This document shows positions 1 through 13,273 of a stretch of DNA of 64,000 nt, in pieces. The notes under the pieces are model-generated. The model was not told the DNA's origin, made no database searches, and saw only the letters and a program-made list of their open reading frames with translations. Every line of letters begins with the position of its first letter. Positions within the stretch are counted from its first letter, which is position 1. The position numbers and the translations under genes are program-made. The stretch comes from Octopus vulgaris (taxonomy: Eukaryota): positions 186,001-250,000 of the forward strand of contig OX597816.1 in the NCBI GenBank assembly GCA_951406725.2, in the 5' to 3' direction.

Positions 1-1245
1 AAGGCCCAGTGTTCGAAGATCATGCTTCACCACCTTATCCCATGTCTTCCTCTACCACAGGTTCCCTACACAGTTAGAGATCTGCACTTCTTTATGCAGC
101 TTCCCTCATTCATTACACGCCACATGATCAAAGCAGTTCAATTGTCTCTCTTGCACACCACATCTGATGCCTCTTATGCTTAACTTTTCTCTCAAAATGC
201 TTACACTCTGTTGAACATGAATGCTGACATTACACATCCAGTGAAGCATACTAGCTACATTTCTTTCAAGCCTACACATATTCTCGGCTGTCACAGCCCA
301 TGTTTCACTGCCATGTAGCATAGCTATTCACACTCAGGCATCATATAATCTGCCTTTGACTCTGAGAGAGTGGCCCTTTGTTGCCAGCAGAGGTAGGAGC
401 TCTCTGAACTTTGCCTAGCCTAATCTTATTCTCACAGCTACACTTCTCAGAGCATCCACCTCCGCTACTAACATCGTCACTTAGATAACGGAATCTATCT
501 ACTTCCTCTGGTTTACCCCACCCCTGGCAGTTGATGGAGCTTATTTTTCTGTACATTTTCAGTGTTTATTGTACCTGTACATCTTCCACATACAGAAGCT
601 ATTTTCTCTGTTAATCTTCCTCTGATATTCTTGCACCTTTTATGTGTCCAAAGCTTACACCGGGTGCATCTTATGGAGTTTCTACCTATGCCTTTTCTAC
701 AGATGGAGCAAGGCCATCTACCTGAAGGGATTTGTGATTTGTCTGTCTTTCTACTTACTAAGACTTTGATTTTTGTTAGATTAACTCTTCAATTCTAGAC
801 CTTGCTTCCGTACCTGGAACTTCTCTAGTTCTGGTAGTTATTCAGCTATATGAGCAAGATCATCAGCATAGAAGAGCTCTCAGGGTCAGCCTGTCTTAAA
901 TTCCTCTGTTATCGCCTGGAGGACTATGATGAACAAGATAGGGCTGAGGACTGATCCTTGGTTAACCCCTACTTGTACCCTAAATTCTTTGCTATACTCA
1001 TTGCCAACCCTCACCTTACTGGTAGCATCCCTGTACATGATTTGTACAGCTCTCACCAACCACTCATCTATCCCTAGTTTCCACATTGACCATCAGATAA
1101 GAGACCAGGGGACCCTGTCAAAAGCTTTCTCCATTTCAACAAAAGCCAAGTGCAGAGGTTTATCTTTGGCTATGTATTTCTCTTGCAGCTGCCTTACCAG
1201 AAATATAACATCAGTGGTGCTTCTCCTCTGGCACAAAACCAAACC
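1..1245 (-). mobile_element. Degenerate RTE-clade LINE fragment (RT and C-terminal region)
   Basis: Broken minus-strand ORFs KLGIDEWLVRAV..VGVNQGSVLSP and MLHGSETWAV, with frameshifts and stops. Confidence 0.9.
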
Positions 1246-1985
1246 ATAATCATCCTAAATTTTAATGTCTGTCTTCGATGTTGGCAAGGGCTGGATGATT
1301 GGACCCCACTGGTCAGAGAACTATGTTGTGCTCTACTGTCTGCTTTGGCATGGTTTCTGTGAATGTAGGCCCTTTTTAATGCCAACCACTTTACAAACTG
1401 TATTGGTGCTATTTTTCATAGTCATTTTGCAAGTCACAAAATGGCCAAGTGAGGCTGCAGTAGATGCAGGTAGATTTATTGCAGGTAATGGAAGGTTAGG
1501 ATATGAAGGAAGGAGGCAGAACAGGTATTATAGAAATACTAAAAGTTTAAACAATAAAAAATCATGAAAATCTCTGAAGTTGGTTTATAATTTTTCAATA
1601 TTTTATTCATAGATTTTTTTTCTTCTTAAATGTATTTTTCTTTCATCTTAAATATCGATTTTTAAATTAAAATTAGATTGAATAACGATTTCTTTTTTTT
1701 TTTTTAATTGTAAAATAAAATTTTACCCTTGAAGTCATTTGAAATCTTTTGTCCTGAATTCTGAGCAGATTTTTTTAGGAATTTAATATTTGTCTTATTT
1801 AGTCAATTCTTGATTTCACTTTCTCTTTTCTTTTCTTTTTACGTTGTTTCTTTCTGTTGGTGAAATTAATAATTTTGTGGCATATGAAGCTTTTGTAACC
1901 AACAAGTTTTTTCTGCTATTTCATTTTTTTCTTCTTCAAGTAGATTCTGAAATTATATTTTTCCCAATTTAAGTTTGTTGTCTTG

Positions 1986-3614
1986 ATCATCATCATCATC
2001 ATCATCATCATCGTTTAACGTCCGTTCTCCATGCTAGCATGGGTTGGACGGTTCGACCGGGGATCTGGGAAGCCAGAAGGCTGCACCAGGCTCCGGTCTT
2101 ATCTGGCAATGTTTCTACAGCTGGATGCCCTTCCTAATGCCAACCACTCCGTGAGTGTAATGGGTGCTTTTTACGTGCCACCGGCACTGGTGCCAGGCGA
2201 GGCTGGCATCAGCCACAGTCGGATTGGTGCATTTTATGTGCCACCTGCACGGAAGCCAGTCGAGGCAGCACTGGCTTCGGCCACGATTCGGATAGTGCTT
2301 TTTACGTATCTCCAGTCCAGGGGTCCTGGCATCTGCCGGGTGCCAGTCATAGGATTGGTTCAATTTCGATTCCGATTTCGATTTCACTTGCCCCAACAGG
2401 TCTTCACAAGCAAAAGGGGGTTGGCATAGGTGCCTGTCGTCGGATGAGGTTCGATATCGACTTTGCTTGCCTCAACAGGTCTTTGTGTGTCCAAGGGAGG
2501 AAAGGCATGCATAAGTGGGCTGGACTCACTTGTCCTGCCTGGTCTTTTCACGCACAGTATATTTCCAAAGGTCTCGGTCGCTGGTCATTTCCTCAGTGAG
2601 ACCTAAAGTTCGAAGGTCGTGCTTCACCACCTCGTCCCAAGTTTTCCTGGGTCTACCTCTTCCATGGGTTCCCTCCACTGCTAGGGATTGGCACTTTTTC
2701 ACACACATATCTTCATCCATTCTCGCCACATGACCATACCAGCGCAATCGTCTCTCTTGCACACCACAACTGATACTCCTTAGGTCCAACATTTCTCTCA
2801 GGGTACTAACGCTCTGTCGAGCATGCACACTGACATTACACATCCATCGGAGCATACTGGCTTCATTTCTCGCGAGCTTACGCATGTCCTCAGCAGTCAT
2901 GGCCCATGTTTCACTGCCATGTAGCATGGCTGTTCGTACACATGCATCATACAGTCTGCCTTTTACTCTGAGCGAGAGGCCTTTAGTCACCAGCAGAGGT
3001 AAGAGCTCCCTAAAGTTTGCCCAGGCTATTCTTACTCTAGCAGTTACACTTTCAGCACACCCACCCTCACTACTGACTTGGTCACCAAGATAATGGAAGC
3101 TATCAACTACTTCTAGTTTTTCCCCCTGGAAATTGACGGAAGTTGTTTTCTGCAGATTTTCAGAGGTTAATGCTCCCGAGCATCTGCCACATACAAAAAC
3201 CATCTTCCTAGTTAGCCTTCCTTTGACATTGCTGCACCTCTTATGTGTCCATAGCTTACACTTGGTGCATCTTATAGTGTTTCTACCTACACCTTTTCTA
3301 CAGATCGAGCAGGGCCATCTACCTGAAGGCGTTTGTGATTTGTCTACCTTCCTACTTATTACGACTTTGGTTTTAGCTAGATTGACTCTAAGGCCCTTCG
3401 ATTCTAATCCTTGCTTCCACACCTGAAACTTCTCCTCCAGTTCTGATAGTGACTCAGCAATTAGAGCAAGGTCATCAGCATAGAGGAGCTCCCAGGGGCA
3501 TCCTGTCTTGAATTCCTCCGTTATTGCCTGGAGGACTATGATAAATAGGAGGGGGCTGAGGACTGAGCCTTGGTGGACCCCTACCTCTACCCGGAATTCT
3601 TCACTGTACTTGTT
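1986..3614 (-). mobile_element. 5'-truncated young RTE LINE with 3'UTR and (GAT)n tail
   Basis: ORF 2526-3422 (RT C-terminus, Cys-rich insert, LRWYGHV, RGRGRPRKTW), LLYADDL upstream on the minus strand, and (CAT)n at 1986-2012 on the plus strand. Confidence 0.93.
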
Positions 3615-5727
3615 AATGGTTAACCGTAATCTGTTGGAGCACTTTTATCATGATGTGTCTACAGATTTCATCAGCACACTAGCAGGTACTTTCCTTCTGC
3701 AATCAGGCAAAGCTAGTGTTTTCATTTAACATAATTATAACGTAACATTAATGATATGCTTTGGTTTTTCTTAATGAAATGTTTGTAACCATTTTGAAAT
3801 TGTAGGTTTGTAGCCAGTGACATACCACATTTCAGAATGATTTTATGCAACATATCTTCAGATAAGTAAGCAGCTAGTGCAGAGTATATATAATATCATA
3901 ACTAATTGTAATACTTATATATGAATTTCAGTTATGAACTGTAATAAAGGTATACGTTTATATATTCTCAAATTGTATGTGTGTGTATGTGTACAGCAAT
4001 GTTTACTCTGTATGTGTGTGTGTGTGTGTGTGTGTTTTTTTATAGCTGTGTTTATTACACACACACACACACACAGGTATGTGAACAAACAAAAGAAAGT
4101 AGCACTCAACACCTATTCGAGTTGTAACTATTTAATAACAGGCTGACTTAGCTCTACATTATTCAAAGTTTCATAGGCATGGATCAGCAACGACATCTTG
4201 AGAGCCAGTCTGACTTCATACATCTGCAAATGTATGTTTATAGTGAAGACAACTATAAACATAACGAGGAAATAAAATAGTTTATTTTCTAAACTAATAA
4301 TGCTATCAGCCTGGTTTAGATTCATATTTTAACTTAACGGTATGAGTCAGGGAATTTGGTATGACATGTTTTATATTAGAGTTGGTTATAATTGGTAGTG
4401 GAATAGTGACCAAAGAAATGGTTAGTATGGAGGACTTTTGAGTCAAATTGCACTTCTCTGGCTCCTTCTCTCATGTTTTAACCCCTCATCTCCTAGCATA
4501 AAGTTATCTCTCGTGGGGTTTATGGTCTTGCCAGTTGCCTGGTGACCTCACTTGTGTTGGTAGCACAAAAAATACAACCAGTACATACTATAAAGTGGTT
4601 GGCATTGGAAAGAGCATTCAGCTGTAGAAAGCATACCAAAGAAGCCATTGGATCCTGTCAAATCAACTAACCCATGCCATTATGGAATGAGGAGGGTATT
4701 AAAGGATGATGATGTCAAAGAACAAAGATACAAAATCGAACCAAATAAAAAGGGTTATAGATATTGTTTTGGGTGTTTTTCTACTCTTTGCTAACTAAGG
4801 AAATCACTGCCATTACTTTGACTTGACTATTTCTATTTAGAAAGTATTAATCAATGTGTCTTATTTGAATTTGTCTTTGTCGTCACGGTCATCACCATTG
4901 TAACTGCCATCGTTATGAATACAGACACCCGCTTAATGCAGCTTTCTCTATACTACTAGACAAGCTGAACATTTCTTTATACCTCACTACATTTTCAGAT
5001 TACCAGAGACTCATGTTGGGGGTTGAAGCCCTATGCACCCTTATGTATAGCAAACATACCTCACTAACCTATTTGATTTCATTGAAAGGGTTTACAATCT
5101 GATATCCATTTATTTTCCATTACTTACTCTAGCTTTCTTAATTTAGCCCTTGAACAATCTTCTGCCATTCATGTAAGGTACTTTCCCCCCTTTAGCTTGC
5201 ATCATTGATTTGCATTGCAAATGATGGAAGCTGCAGGGGAAAAGAGCCGTGGGTGTATGGCAACTTATCACTACTTCTCCAGCCATTTCTCTTGAAAGAA
5301 TCAATTTTGATGTCCAGTTGGGTTCTCAACTCATTTGTGCTCAAATTCACATTTAAATTAACTCTGTATCTAATGGGGTTAATTTCATTTCTTTCCAATC
5401 ACTGGAAATATTTTGCATGTATGTATTTGTTTGTTTCCATTTGAGCTTGACAAGAGTCTTCATGCTCATTGTTACATCTGTTGGCAAATCATCATCTCAC
5501 TTCAGCCTTTTGATGATGTGTGAAATAAGAGCAACCTTATTCCAAAACCCACTAAGAGTTGGCAACAAAAAGGGCATCCAGCTGTAAAACAATGCCTCAA
5601 TATATTCAACTTACCCATGCGAGCCTGGGAAAATGAACATAAAACTTTTATTTCCAATGTTCTAAATCATAAGAGACCTTAATAATATTATAGTAATTGT
5701 TATGATGATGATATTTCTGTATTTCAG

Positions 5728-5912
5728 ATTACCAGAGACTCATGTTGGTGGCTGAATCCCTGTGCACCCTTATTTTCCCCTTTACATGGCAGCATGTTTA
5801 TGTTCCAATCTTACCGGCATCTCTGTCTCATTTTCTTGATGCACCAGTCCCTTTCATCATGGGCCTTCATCATGGGCAAGAGGATCGGTCAGAATTGAAA
5901 CTTCCTAGTGAG
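5728..5912 (+). CDS. DENND5: DENND5A/B-like internal exon A (DENN core)
   Basis: tttcag|AT TAC CAG AGA CTC ATG gives [46 protein letters not shown]...LPSE|gtaaga. This matches the recalled DENND5 motif [35 protein letters not shown]. Phase 1 in, phase 0 out. Confidence 0.95.
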
Positions 5913-7316
5913 GTAAGACAATGCCATTTCAAATAAATACTAATTCTCCTCTCTTGTTTAAACATCCATACATTAAATATGTTCCATAAGATTTGTGCTA
6001 TAATATTTTTTATTGAGCAAACATTTTGACTAGAATAAATAGCTCAAGAGGTTTCTTCATTTCATTCACTCATTTTATGAACAGAGACAAAAAATGGACA
6101 GGTAATTAGACATGACATTATATCATTTATGAAAGATGTTACAAAAACATATTTGGTGCAAAAATCTTTACAACTGTTTCAAAAAATTTAGTAGTTGGTT
6201 GGTGTAATAATGTGTGGTACACAAATGGGTGTGTACACTGATGTAATACTACATACATTAAACAAGTAGAAATTATTATCAACACATAAAAAATAAATAT
6301 AATACTTTAATATGCTCAAACTTGAAGTATCAAAACGCCATATTTTCCCTATGGTACTTAAATTCAAGCCATTCAGGAGCTTCTCTGTGGTTGCATGACT
6401 TGCTAGAAATTGCAGTTACACCACCCTCAAATTACATTATATAAAGTCTTTTTTTAATAAAAAGGGATACATTAGATTAGGGTAAGCAATGCCTGAGTAA
6501 CGAGGGATGATCAAGGATGGAATACTTTTTGTCTTAAATATGTTCATTCAAGGTTGTTTTGGTACTAAACAACAACTGTACTGGAGTTGTTGTTGTTATT
6601 TAGCATAAAACTTGAGTTTCCCCCTTCTCTTTATTTTTCTCTGTAATGTAGGACTGTAGGTTATAGGCAGACATATGGGATTGATTCCAAGCTATAAAGT
6701 TTTAGATCTTAACATTCTTGAAGTGTGGTTTAAGCATTCTGAAGTTGTATGATACAAACTTCCTGTTCTAAAGTGATCTGAATGAAACTTCTCATCAATA
6801 TTTCATGTTAGATGATGTTCCAGGGACCAGTTTTAAAAGACTGAGCTATTTTACTAAATTCTCCATTATTTTCAAAATTAATGAAAACAAAGGTTGCATA
6901 TTTGAATAGAATATGGTGACATAAGGATTTAACTGTTTGATACCAACCTGAGACTGTCTTTGGTTTTATGATACAGATGTCCCGCTTCAAAGTGATCTCG
7001 ATTGGAACCTTCCATCAAAATTCCATGTTAATGTGTGTTCAAATCAACATTTTAAGATGAGAATTATTTTACTAAATTCTTTATTTTCACAATAAATTGA
7101 AACAGAGTATTTCAGTAGAAATATGGTCACAGAAGCTAATCATTCGCAGTTCATACTGAATAGAATGCTAAAAGAATTCTATTACTTTAACTTAACAAAC
7201 TTTAAAAACTGTCTGTTTGTGAAGGCAAATAATATCTTGTTCATTTTAGTTGTATTTCATTTAATCAATCGATAGATTGATAATTGAATAATTATGATGT
7301 TTTCCTATATTTTCAG

Positions 7317-8118
7317 GCTAGTATGTGTTTTGTGGATATTGATGAGAATAATGTGGACATTCCTGAGGATTTACCATTATTTCCACACCAAAAGGATATG
7401 ATATTGGAATTATCATCGATATTGTCTCGGTACCGTAGTGAATTTAGTAAGGACAATTACACGAGCCAGAGCCTTGATCGGAAGCTTTTGTATGGTTCAC
7501 GGAAGGGAGGGCAACGTAAACAGAGTGCCTCATCATTGTTCAGTGACCAACACAGTTGGAACACGTCTCCTGAAAAGAAATGGGAAATGCTGCAAAACAA
7601 CGAAGCATGGGTTAAGATATCAACCTTAGCCAAAAAGGCAGGAGTTTGGGATTCTTTCGATGATCCATCTGACAACAACCGAAACAAAGACTCTATGAGT
7701 CAAACATTAACTAAAGATGTGTCTGTTATGCCTTCAAAAGAATTGATTGAGCACAAATTTAACAATGCCGTGCGTGAAGTCTTTCTGAACCGTTTTGTAC
7801 ATATGTTCTGTTCTTATGAATCATTTGTCATTCCATCTTCACAAAACATGGAACAATGGCTGAGCAACCGTGAAATGATGCAAAACTTTGACAAAGCTGC
7901 ATTCTTGAGTGATCAGCCAGAAGCTTATTTACCATTTCTTTCACCATTTATAGAAACTCAAATGTTCACAACACTTATTGATAATAAAATTCTTTCCCAA
8001 TGGGAAAGTCCAGATCCTTATTTGAAGGTTTTTGACAATCGTGTGAAAGTATTTAAAGAGAAATCTGGTGAAGCACATACACCCACCTATTATCCTTGTG
8101 AGACTATTCAAAGTTCTG
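7317..8118 (+). CDS. DENND5: DENND5 exon B (end of DENN, dDENN domain)
   Basis: tttcag|GCT AGT ATG gives ASMCFVDID..IPEDLPLFP...AVREVFLNRFVHMF..REMMQNFDKAAFLSDQPEAYLPFLSPFIETQMF. Ends TCT G|gtaagt (phase 1) and is in frame with exon A. Confidence 0.95.
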
Positions 8119-8599
8119 GTAAGTTATCTGAATTGTAAGCATGTGATTTATTTTTCAGTGTTGTAAGCACAAAATTTTATGTATCTGTTTTGTATGCAAA
8201 TAATTTTATTTTTCCTGATAATTTGTCTTAAGGAATTCATGAATTTACACCAACTTTTAACAATGTTAAGAGAACTACATTAACTTACGTAGCAATATAT
8301 GAAATTCTTGTCAATTTCTGGCTTCTACCTTTTCTGCTATGCAATATTTTTTGTTTTTCAGTTTTAAGGACAAAATTTTAAATTACAAAAGTGCATATTT
8401 AACTAGACAGTTATAAAATATGGTACATGGTGAAGTTTAAGATCTGTGATTAAATCAATTTTTATCATTGGCTTAAACAAATACCTCTAAAACCACATTG
8501 GTAGACAGCAGATGGTGGTAAATCTTGACATAAAATATATTTTACTGTTCTAGTATGTAGTTAACATTCTACAAAACTGTAGTCACTTGTAATTAGCAG

Positions 8600-8915
8600 A
8601 TGGAATTAGCAGATGGAATTGATGTGCTTGATACCAGGTCTCAACTAATTTCCTTAGATATCCAGGACCATTCGAACAATCTTTGCATTTCCAAATAGAA
8701 AAAGATATATGCATTAATGCAATTCTTATTATTGCTATCTGAATAAGAAAACTACCAATTCTGTTGGTATTGGTACTGAGGGTAGCTATAACTACTAGCA
8801 TTACTTTTGCAGAAACCTTCCACAGTTTTTGGATTCTCCTTACTAAGTCTTGGTATTTTCCTATTTTTTACTGTTCTTTAACTGTTCATATCAGCAGAAA
8901 CAGCTGCATCTATTA
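8600..8915 (-). mobile_element. Decayed R4/Dong-type LINE restriction-like endonuclease end
   Basis: Minus strand reads IIDAAVSADMN..KIGKYQDL..KLW..KVMLVVIATL, resembling the RLE motif IIDVAVP.D.N..KI.KYQDL..RLW..VVIGALG. Confidence 0.55.
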
Positions 8916-8934
8916 TTATTATTATTATTATTAT

Positions 8935-8966
<32 letters not shown>

Positions 8967-10061
8967 AGAACTATTGCTAAACTGGTACAATAGTTAAAAT
9001 CTAGTGGTTAGTTATATGTTGGTGTGTATCAGTTACATTCTCTCATTGTATGTTGTGCTTCTCACCCCACTTTTTTTTTTATGAGACTGTATTATACTAT
9101 AGGTGACTTTCTTTCAGGGTGTTTTTGTACATGAAGGATTATTGATCTGTGAAATATGGGTACTTGATTTTTCTCAAATAGATATTGCTCTTTTTCTTTT
9201 CTATTCTTTTTTAATCTTCTTGTATTTATATTTTTCATCTCCCTATTTCTCATTTGTGGTTTTATTATAATGTTGCCCTTCTCCACTCTTATTTTCCGTT
9301 AGTTGATGTTAAACAATGATTTCTATTCACTGCATCCCCTTCTGTCCTCATCTCTAATCATCTGTCACTCCTTTTTCACACTCTTGTAAATCTACCCATC
9401 TATTGATCCTCAATTCCCTATCCCTATTCTTTATCGTCCTGTATCTTGAGGGTATTCCCTGATACTCATCTCCATCTCTTCTACCTTTCCTGCTGGGGTA
9501 GCCCACCTCCCTCAATATTATACCCCCATTATGTTGTCATGGAAGTTGGCAATCACACTGCTGTTGGTGCCATGGAAAAAAAGCACCCAGAACACTCTGT
9601 AAAGTAACTGGCATCAGGAAAGGCACCAGCTAAGGTAACTGTGCCAAAGCAGACATTGGAACCATGTGCAGTCCTCTGGCTTGTTGGATTTGGTTGTACT
9701 GTTCAAGCACTTCCAGCATGGAAGGCAGACATTGAATGACGATGATGTATTTATTTTTCTTCTAAGTATTTACTTTCTAAATCCATATTTATATTTAAAA
9801 TCTATAAATGAGAGTATAGAAGTGTTCTAAAACATTATTCCTCAACCAAATAAACCCTAATGTTAAGAAGGGAGTAAAATATTAGCAATAAATAATTTTA
9901 CTCAAACCTCCCCCACCTTTTGGTTTGGTATTTTGCGAAGAAGATCAGCTTGGAATATCTCATTTATTCTGTTACTTGTTATGGACATTGTAGATTTGTT
10001 CCTTATTTTTTAACAATCTTGTTTTTATTCTTTTTACCAAAGAACATTTTTTTATACAGCT

Positions 10062-10483
10062 CGGCACAGGCATGGCTGTGTGGTTGAGAAGCTCATTTCC
10101 CGAACCATGTGGTCTCAGGTTCAGTCCCACTGCATGGCATCTTACTATAAGCTTAGGTTAACCAAAGCCATGCAAGTGGATTTGGTAGATGGAAACTGGA
10201 AGAAGCCCATTATGTGTGTATGTTTATACATATATGTGTGTGTTTGTGTGTATCCATGTTTTGATATCCTGTGACAGTTGTAAATGAGTGTCACTGTCAC
10301 ACAAGCAGTGTTGTTCTTTTCTAGTTTTCCACGAAAAACATGTCCAGCCATGGAGAAATGTTGCCTTGCTTGGAAACGGGTAAGGATTGGTGACAAGAAG
10401 GGCATCTGGCTGCAGAATATCTGCTTCAACATTTTCCATCTGAGCCATGCAAACATGGAAAAGTAGACATTGAATGATGATGA
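10062..10483 (+). mobile_element. tRNA-derived SINE (family A head) with RTE-type 3' tail
   Basis: Head ggcacagggcatggctgtgtggtt..ggttcagtcccactgc; tail aagggcatctggctg..catgcaaacatggaaaagtagacattgaatgatgatg. Confidence 0.75.
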
Positions 10484-10921
10484 ATTGAAGTAGAGATCAA
10501 TATATAAGAAATTGAATGATTGACAAGTCGGTCCATTAAAGCAAATAGAATGGAAACTATTAGAAATAAGTAATATATTCCCATCTTTGTCTCCCTTCAT
10601 CTTTTTTGGCTCAATAATGAGAAATATTATAATGAATAATAATACTCCATTGTGGTTTGTAACTGATTTATTGATTTTTGTTTTTGTTTGACTTTGGATA
10701 GTGATCAGTGTAGCAATCAATTCATGTGTACTAGTTTACATGGCTATTGATGTATGTGTATATCTGTCCGAGTGTGTGTGTGGTGCCATGTAAACAGCAC
10801 CTGATACACTCTGTAAAGTGGTAAGTGGTTGGTGTTAGGAGGGCGTCCTGCTGTAGAAACCGTGCCCAAGCAGACTATGGAACCAGGCACAGCATGAAAA
10901 ACAAATGATGATGTGTATGTA

Positions 10922-10965
<44 letters not shown>

Positions 10966-10968
<3 letters not shown>

Positions 10969-12147
10969 GCACGTAAAAAGCACCATCCGATCGTGGCCGT
11001 TTGCCAGCCTCATCTGGCACGTAAAAAGCACCTACTACACTCATGGAGTGGTTGGCGTTAGGAAGGGCATCCAGCCATAGAAACATTGCCAGATCAGACT
11101 GGGCCTGGCGCAGCCTTCTGGCTTCCCAGACCCCAGTTGAACCGTCCAACCCATGCTAGCATGGAAAGCGGACGCTAAACGATGATGATGATATATAACT
11201 TTGCCCAGGCTAATAAGAATAGCTTGGGCAAAGTTCAGAAAGCTCCTACATCTGTTGACAACAAAGGGCCTCTCGCTCAGAGTGAAAGGTTGACTATATG
11301 ATGCATGTGTATGAACTGCTATGCTACACGGCAGTGAAACATGGGCTGTGACTGCTGGGGACATGCATTGGCTTCAAAGAAATAAAGCTAGTATGCCCTG
11401 CTGGATATGTAATGCCTGTGTGCATACACAACAGAGTGTAAGCACCCTGAGAGAAAAGTTGAACTTAAGATGCATCAACTGTGGTATGCAAAAGAGATGA
11501 CTGAGCTAGTATGGTCATGTGTTGTATATGGATGAGGACAGCTGTGTGAAAAAGTGTCACACACTAACAGTGGAAGGAACCTGTGGAAGAGGCAGACCCA
11601 GTAAGACATGGGATGAGGTGGTGAAGCAAAACCTTCAAACATTGTGTCTCACAGAGGCAATCACTAGAGACTGAAACCTTTGGTAAAGTGAGATCGCAGC
11701 CGTGGCCGATGCCTGTGTTGCATAACTGGCCCATTTAAAAGTACCCTTGATTCATCGGGCAATGTGATGTGTTTGAGAAAGCCTGTTGAGTCAAGTGAAA
11801 CCGAAATCGTAGTCGTGACCAGTGCTGCATGACTGGCATCCATGCTGGGGGAACATAATGAGCACCATTTAAACGTAGGTCAATGCTGGTGGCACGTAAA
11901 AAGTACCATGTGAAATGTGTTCTATGCCAGTGCCCCCTGACTGGCTCCTGTGCTAATGGTAAGTAAAAAGCACCCACTACACTCTGAGTGGTTGGCATTA
12001 GGAAGGGCATCCAGCTGCGAAAACTTTGCCAGATCAGATTGGAGCCTGGTGCAGCCCACTAGCTTGCCAGTTCTCAGTCAAACCATCCAGCCCATACTAG
12101 CATGGAAAACGGACATTTAAACAATGATGATGATGAGGAGGATGATG
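10966..12147 (+). mobile_element. RTE 3'-UTR fragment followed by an older RTE C-terminal/3'UTR fragment
   Basis: 10966-11192 is a 3'UTR copy ending in (GAT)n. 11200-12147 encodes broken RIAWAKFRKLL..MLHGSETWAV and ends in GAT repeats. Confidence 0.85.
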
Positions 12148-12519
12148 GTGTGTGTGTGTGTGCACATGCTTGTATATATATATATGTGTGCATATGTCTG
12201 TGTGTGTGTGTGTGTGTGTGTGTATGTATATATATATATATATAAACAGATTTTGATACATTTGTAAAGAGAGAATTGAATTATAAAATTAGTTGCTTCT
12301 TTTGTTGGTCATTATTATTAACTAGTAGTGCCCATGGAAATTCTATGGTCATTAAGAAAATTCTATGATGAAATTGTATATTTCTCTGAAACATTTTATT
12401 CTTGAGAAAATGGGAAAATCTACATACTCATTACTGAAGTGAGTATCAATCAATCTACCTGTCTGTCTTTCTGCCTGTCTATCTGTCTGTCTTTCTGCCT
12501 GTCTATCTGTCTGTCTGAG

Positions 12520-12775
12520 CCACAGGCACATCAACCTGGTCGGCAAGATACTAAAAGAATACGAAACAGTAACGGGAGCAAAAATTAACTGGGAAAAGTC
12601 AGTGGGCTTGCGGCTCGGCACCTGGAGAAGCAAGCCCATGCTGTCCGACAGCATCTCCATCGTGGGACACTGGACTGACAGACCGGTTAAATTGCTCGGA
12701 GTCTGGTTCAGTCCAGACCTCCAAATGGAGAAGAAGTGGTGCGAATTCACAACTAGGGTGGCCACTATCACCCAG
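12520..12775 (+). mobile_element. L1/Tx1-type RT fragment behind a (CTGT)n microsatellite
   Basis: LKEYETVTGAKINWEKSVGLRLGTW..VKLLGVWF is a typical Tx1/L1 thumb region. Confidence 0.65.
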
Positions 12776-12889
12776 CATTTAACTTATAACTTTACTCGAT
12801 GACATAAGCATATCACACAGGAAAGACAGACAGAGACAAGCAGAAAATTATTATAATTTGGTGAAAGCTGCTCTCTCTCACTCTTTAAA

Positions 12890-12916
<27 letters not shown>

Positions 12917-12921
<5 letters not shown>

Positions 12922-13140
12922 TATATAAAAGAGCTTAGTAAAATAAATTACTTTGCCGCATACTGAACTCATTAGAAATAGCAGCTAAAAAAAACTTTTT
13001 AAAACTATTTCCAATACTTAAAGAAAATTTTCTTTAAGTATTGGAAATAGTTTTAAAAAAGTTTTTTTTTAGCTGCTATTTCTAATGAGTTCAGTATGCG
13101 GCAAAGTAATTTATTTTACTAAGCCCTTTTATATAATGTA
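12917..13140. repeat. Spacerless ~220-bp palindrome
   Basis: Centre gaaaa|ttttc at 13027/13028. The arms are reverse complements apart from 2 substitutions and 2 homopolymer-length differences. Confidence 0.95.
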
Positions 13141-13227
13141 ATAATTTGAATTCGCCTTAAATGGTCCCTTTGCATACTGAATACTTGGTGAAATTGATTA
13201 ATTAATTAATTTTACCCTCAATTGTTG

Positions 13228-13273
<46 letters not shown>

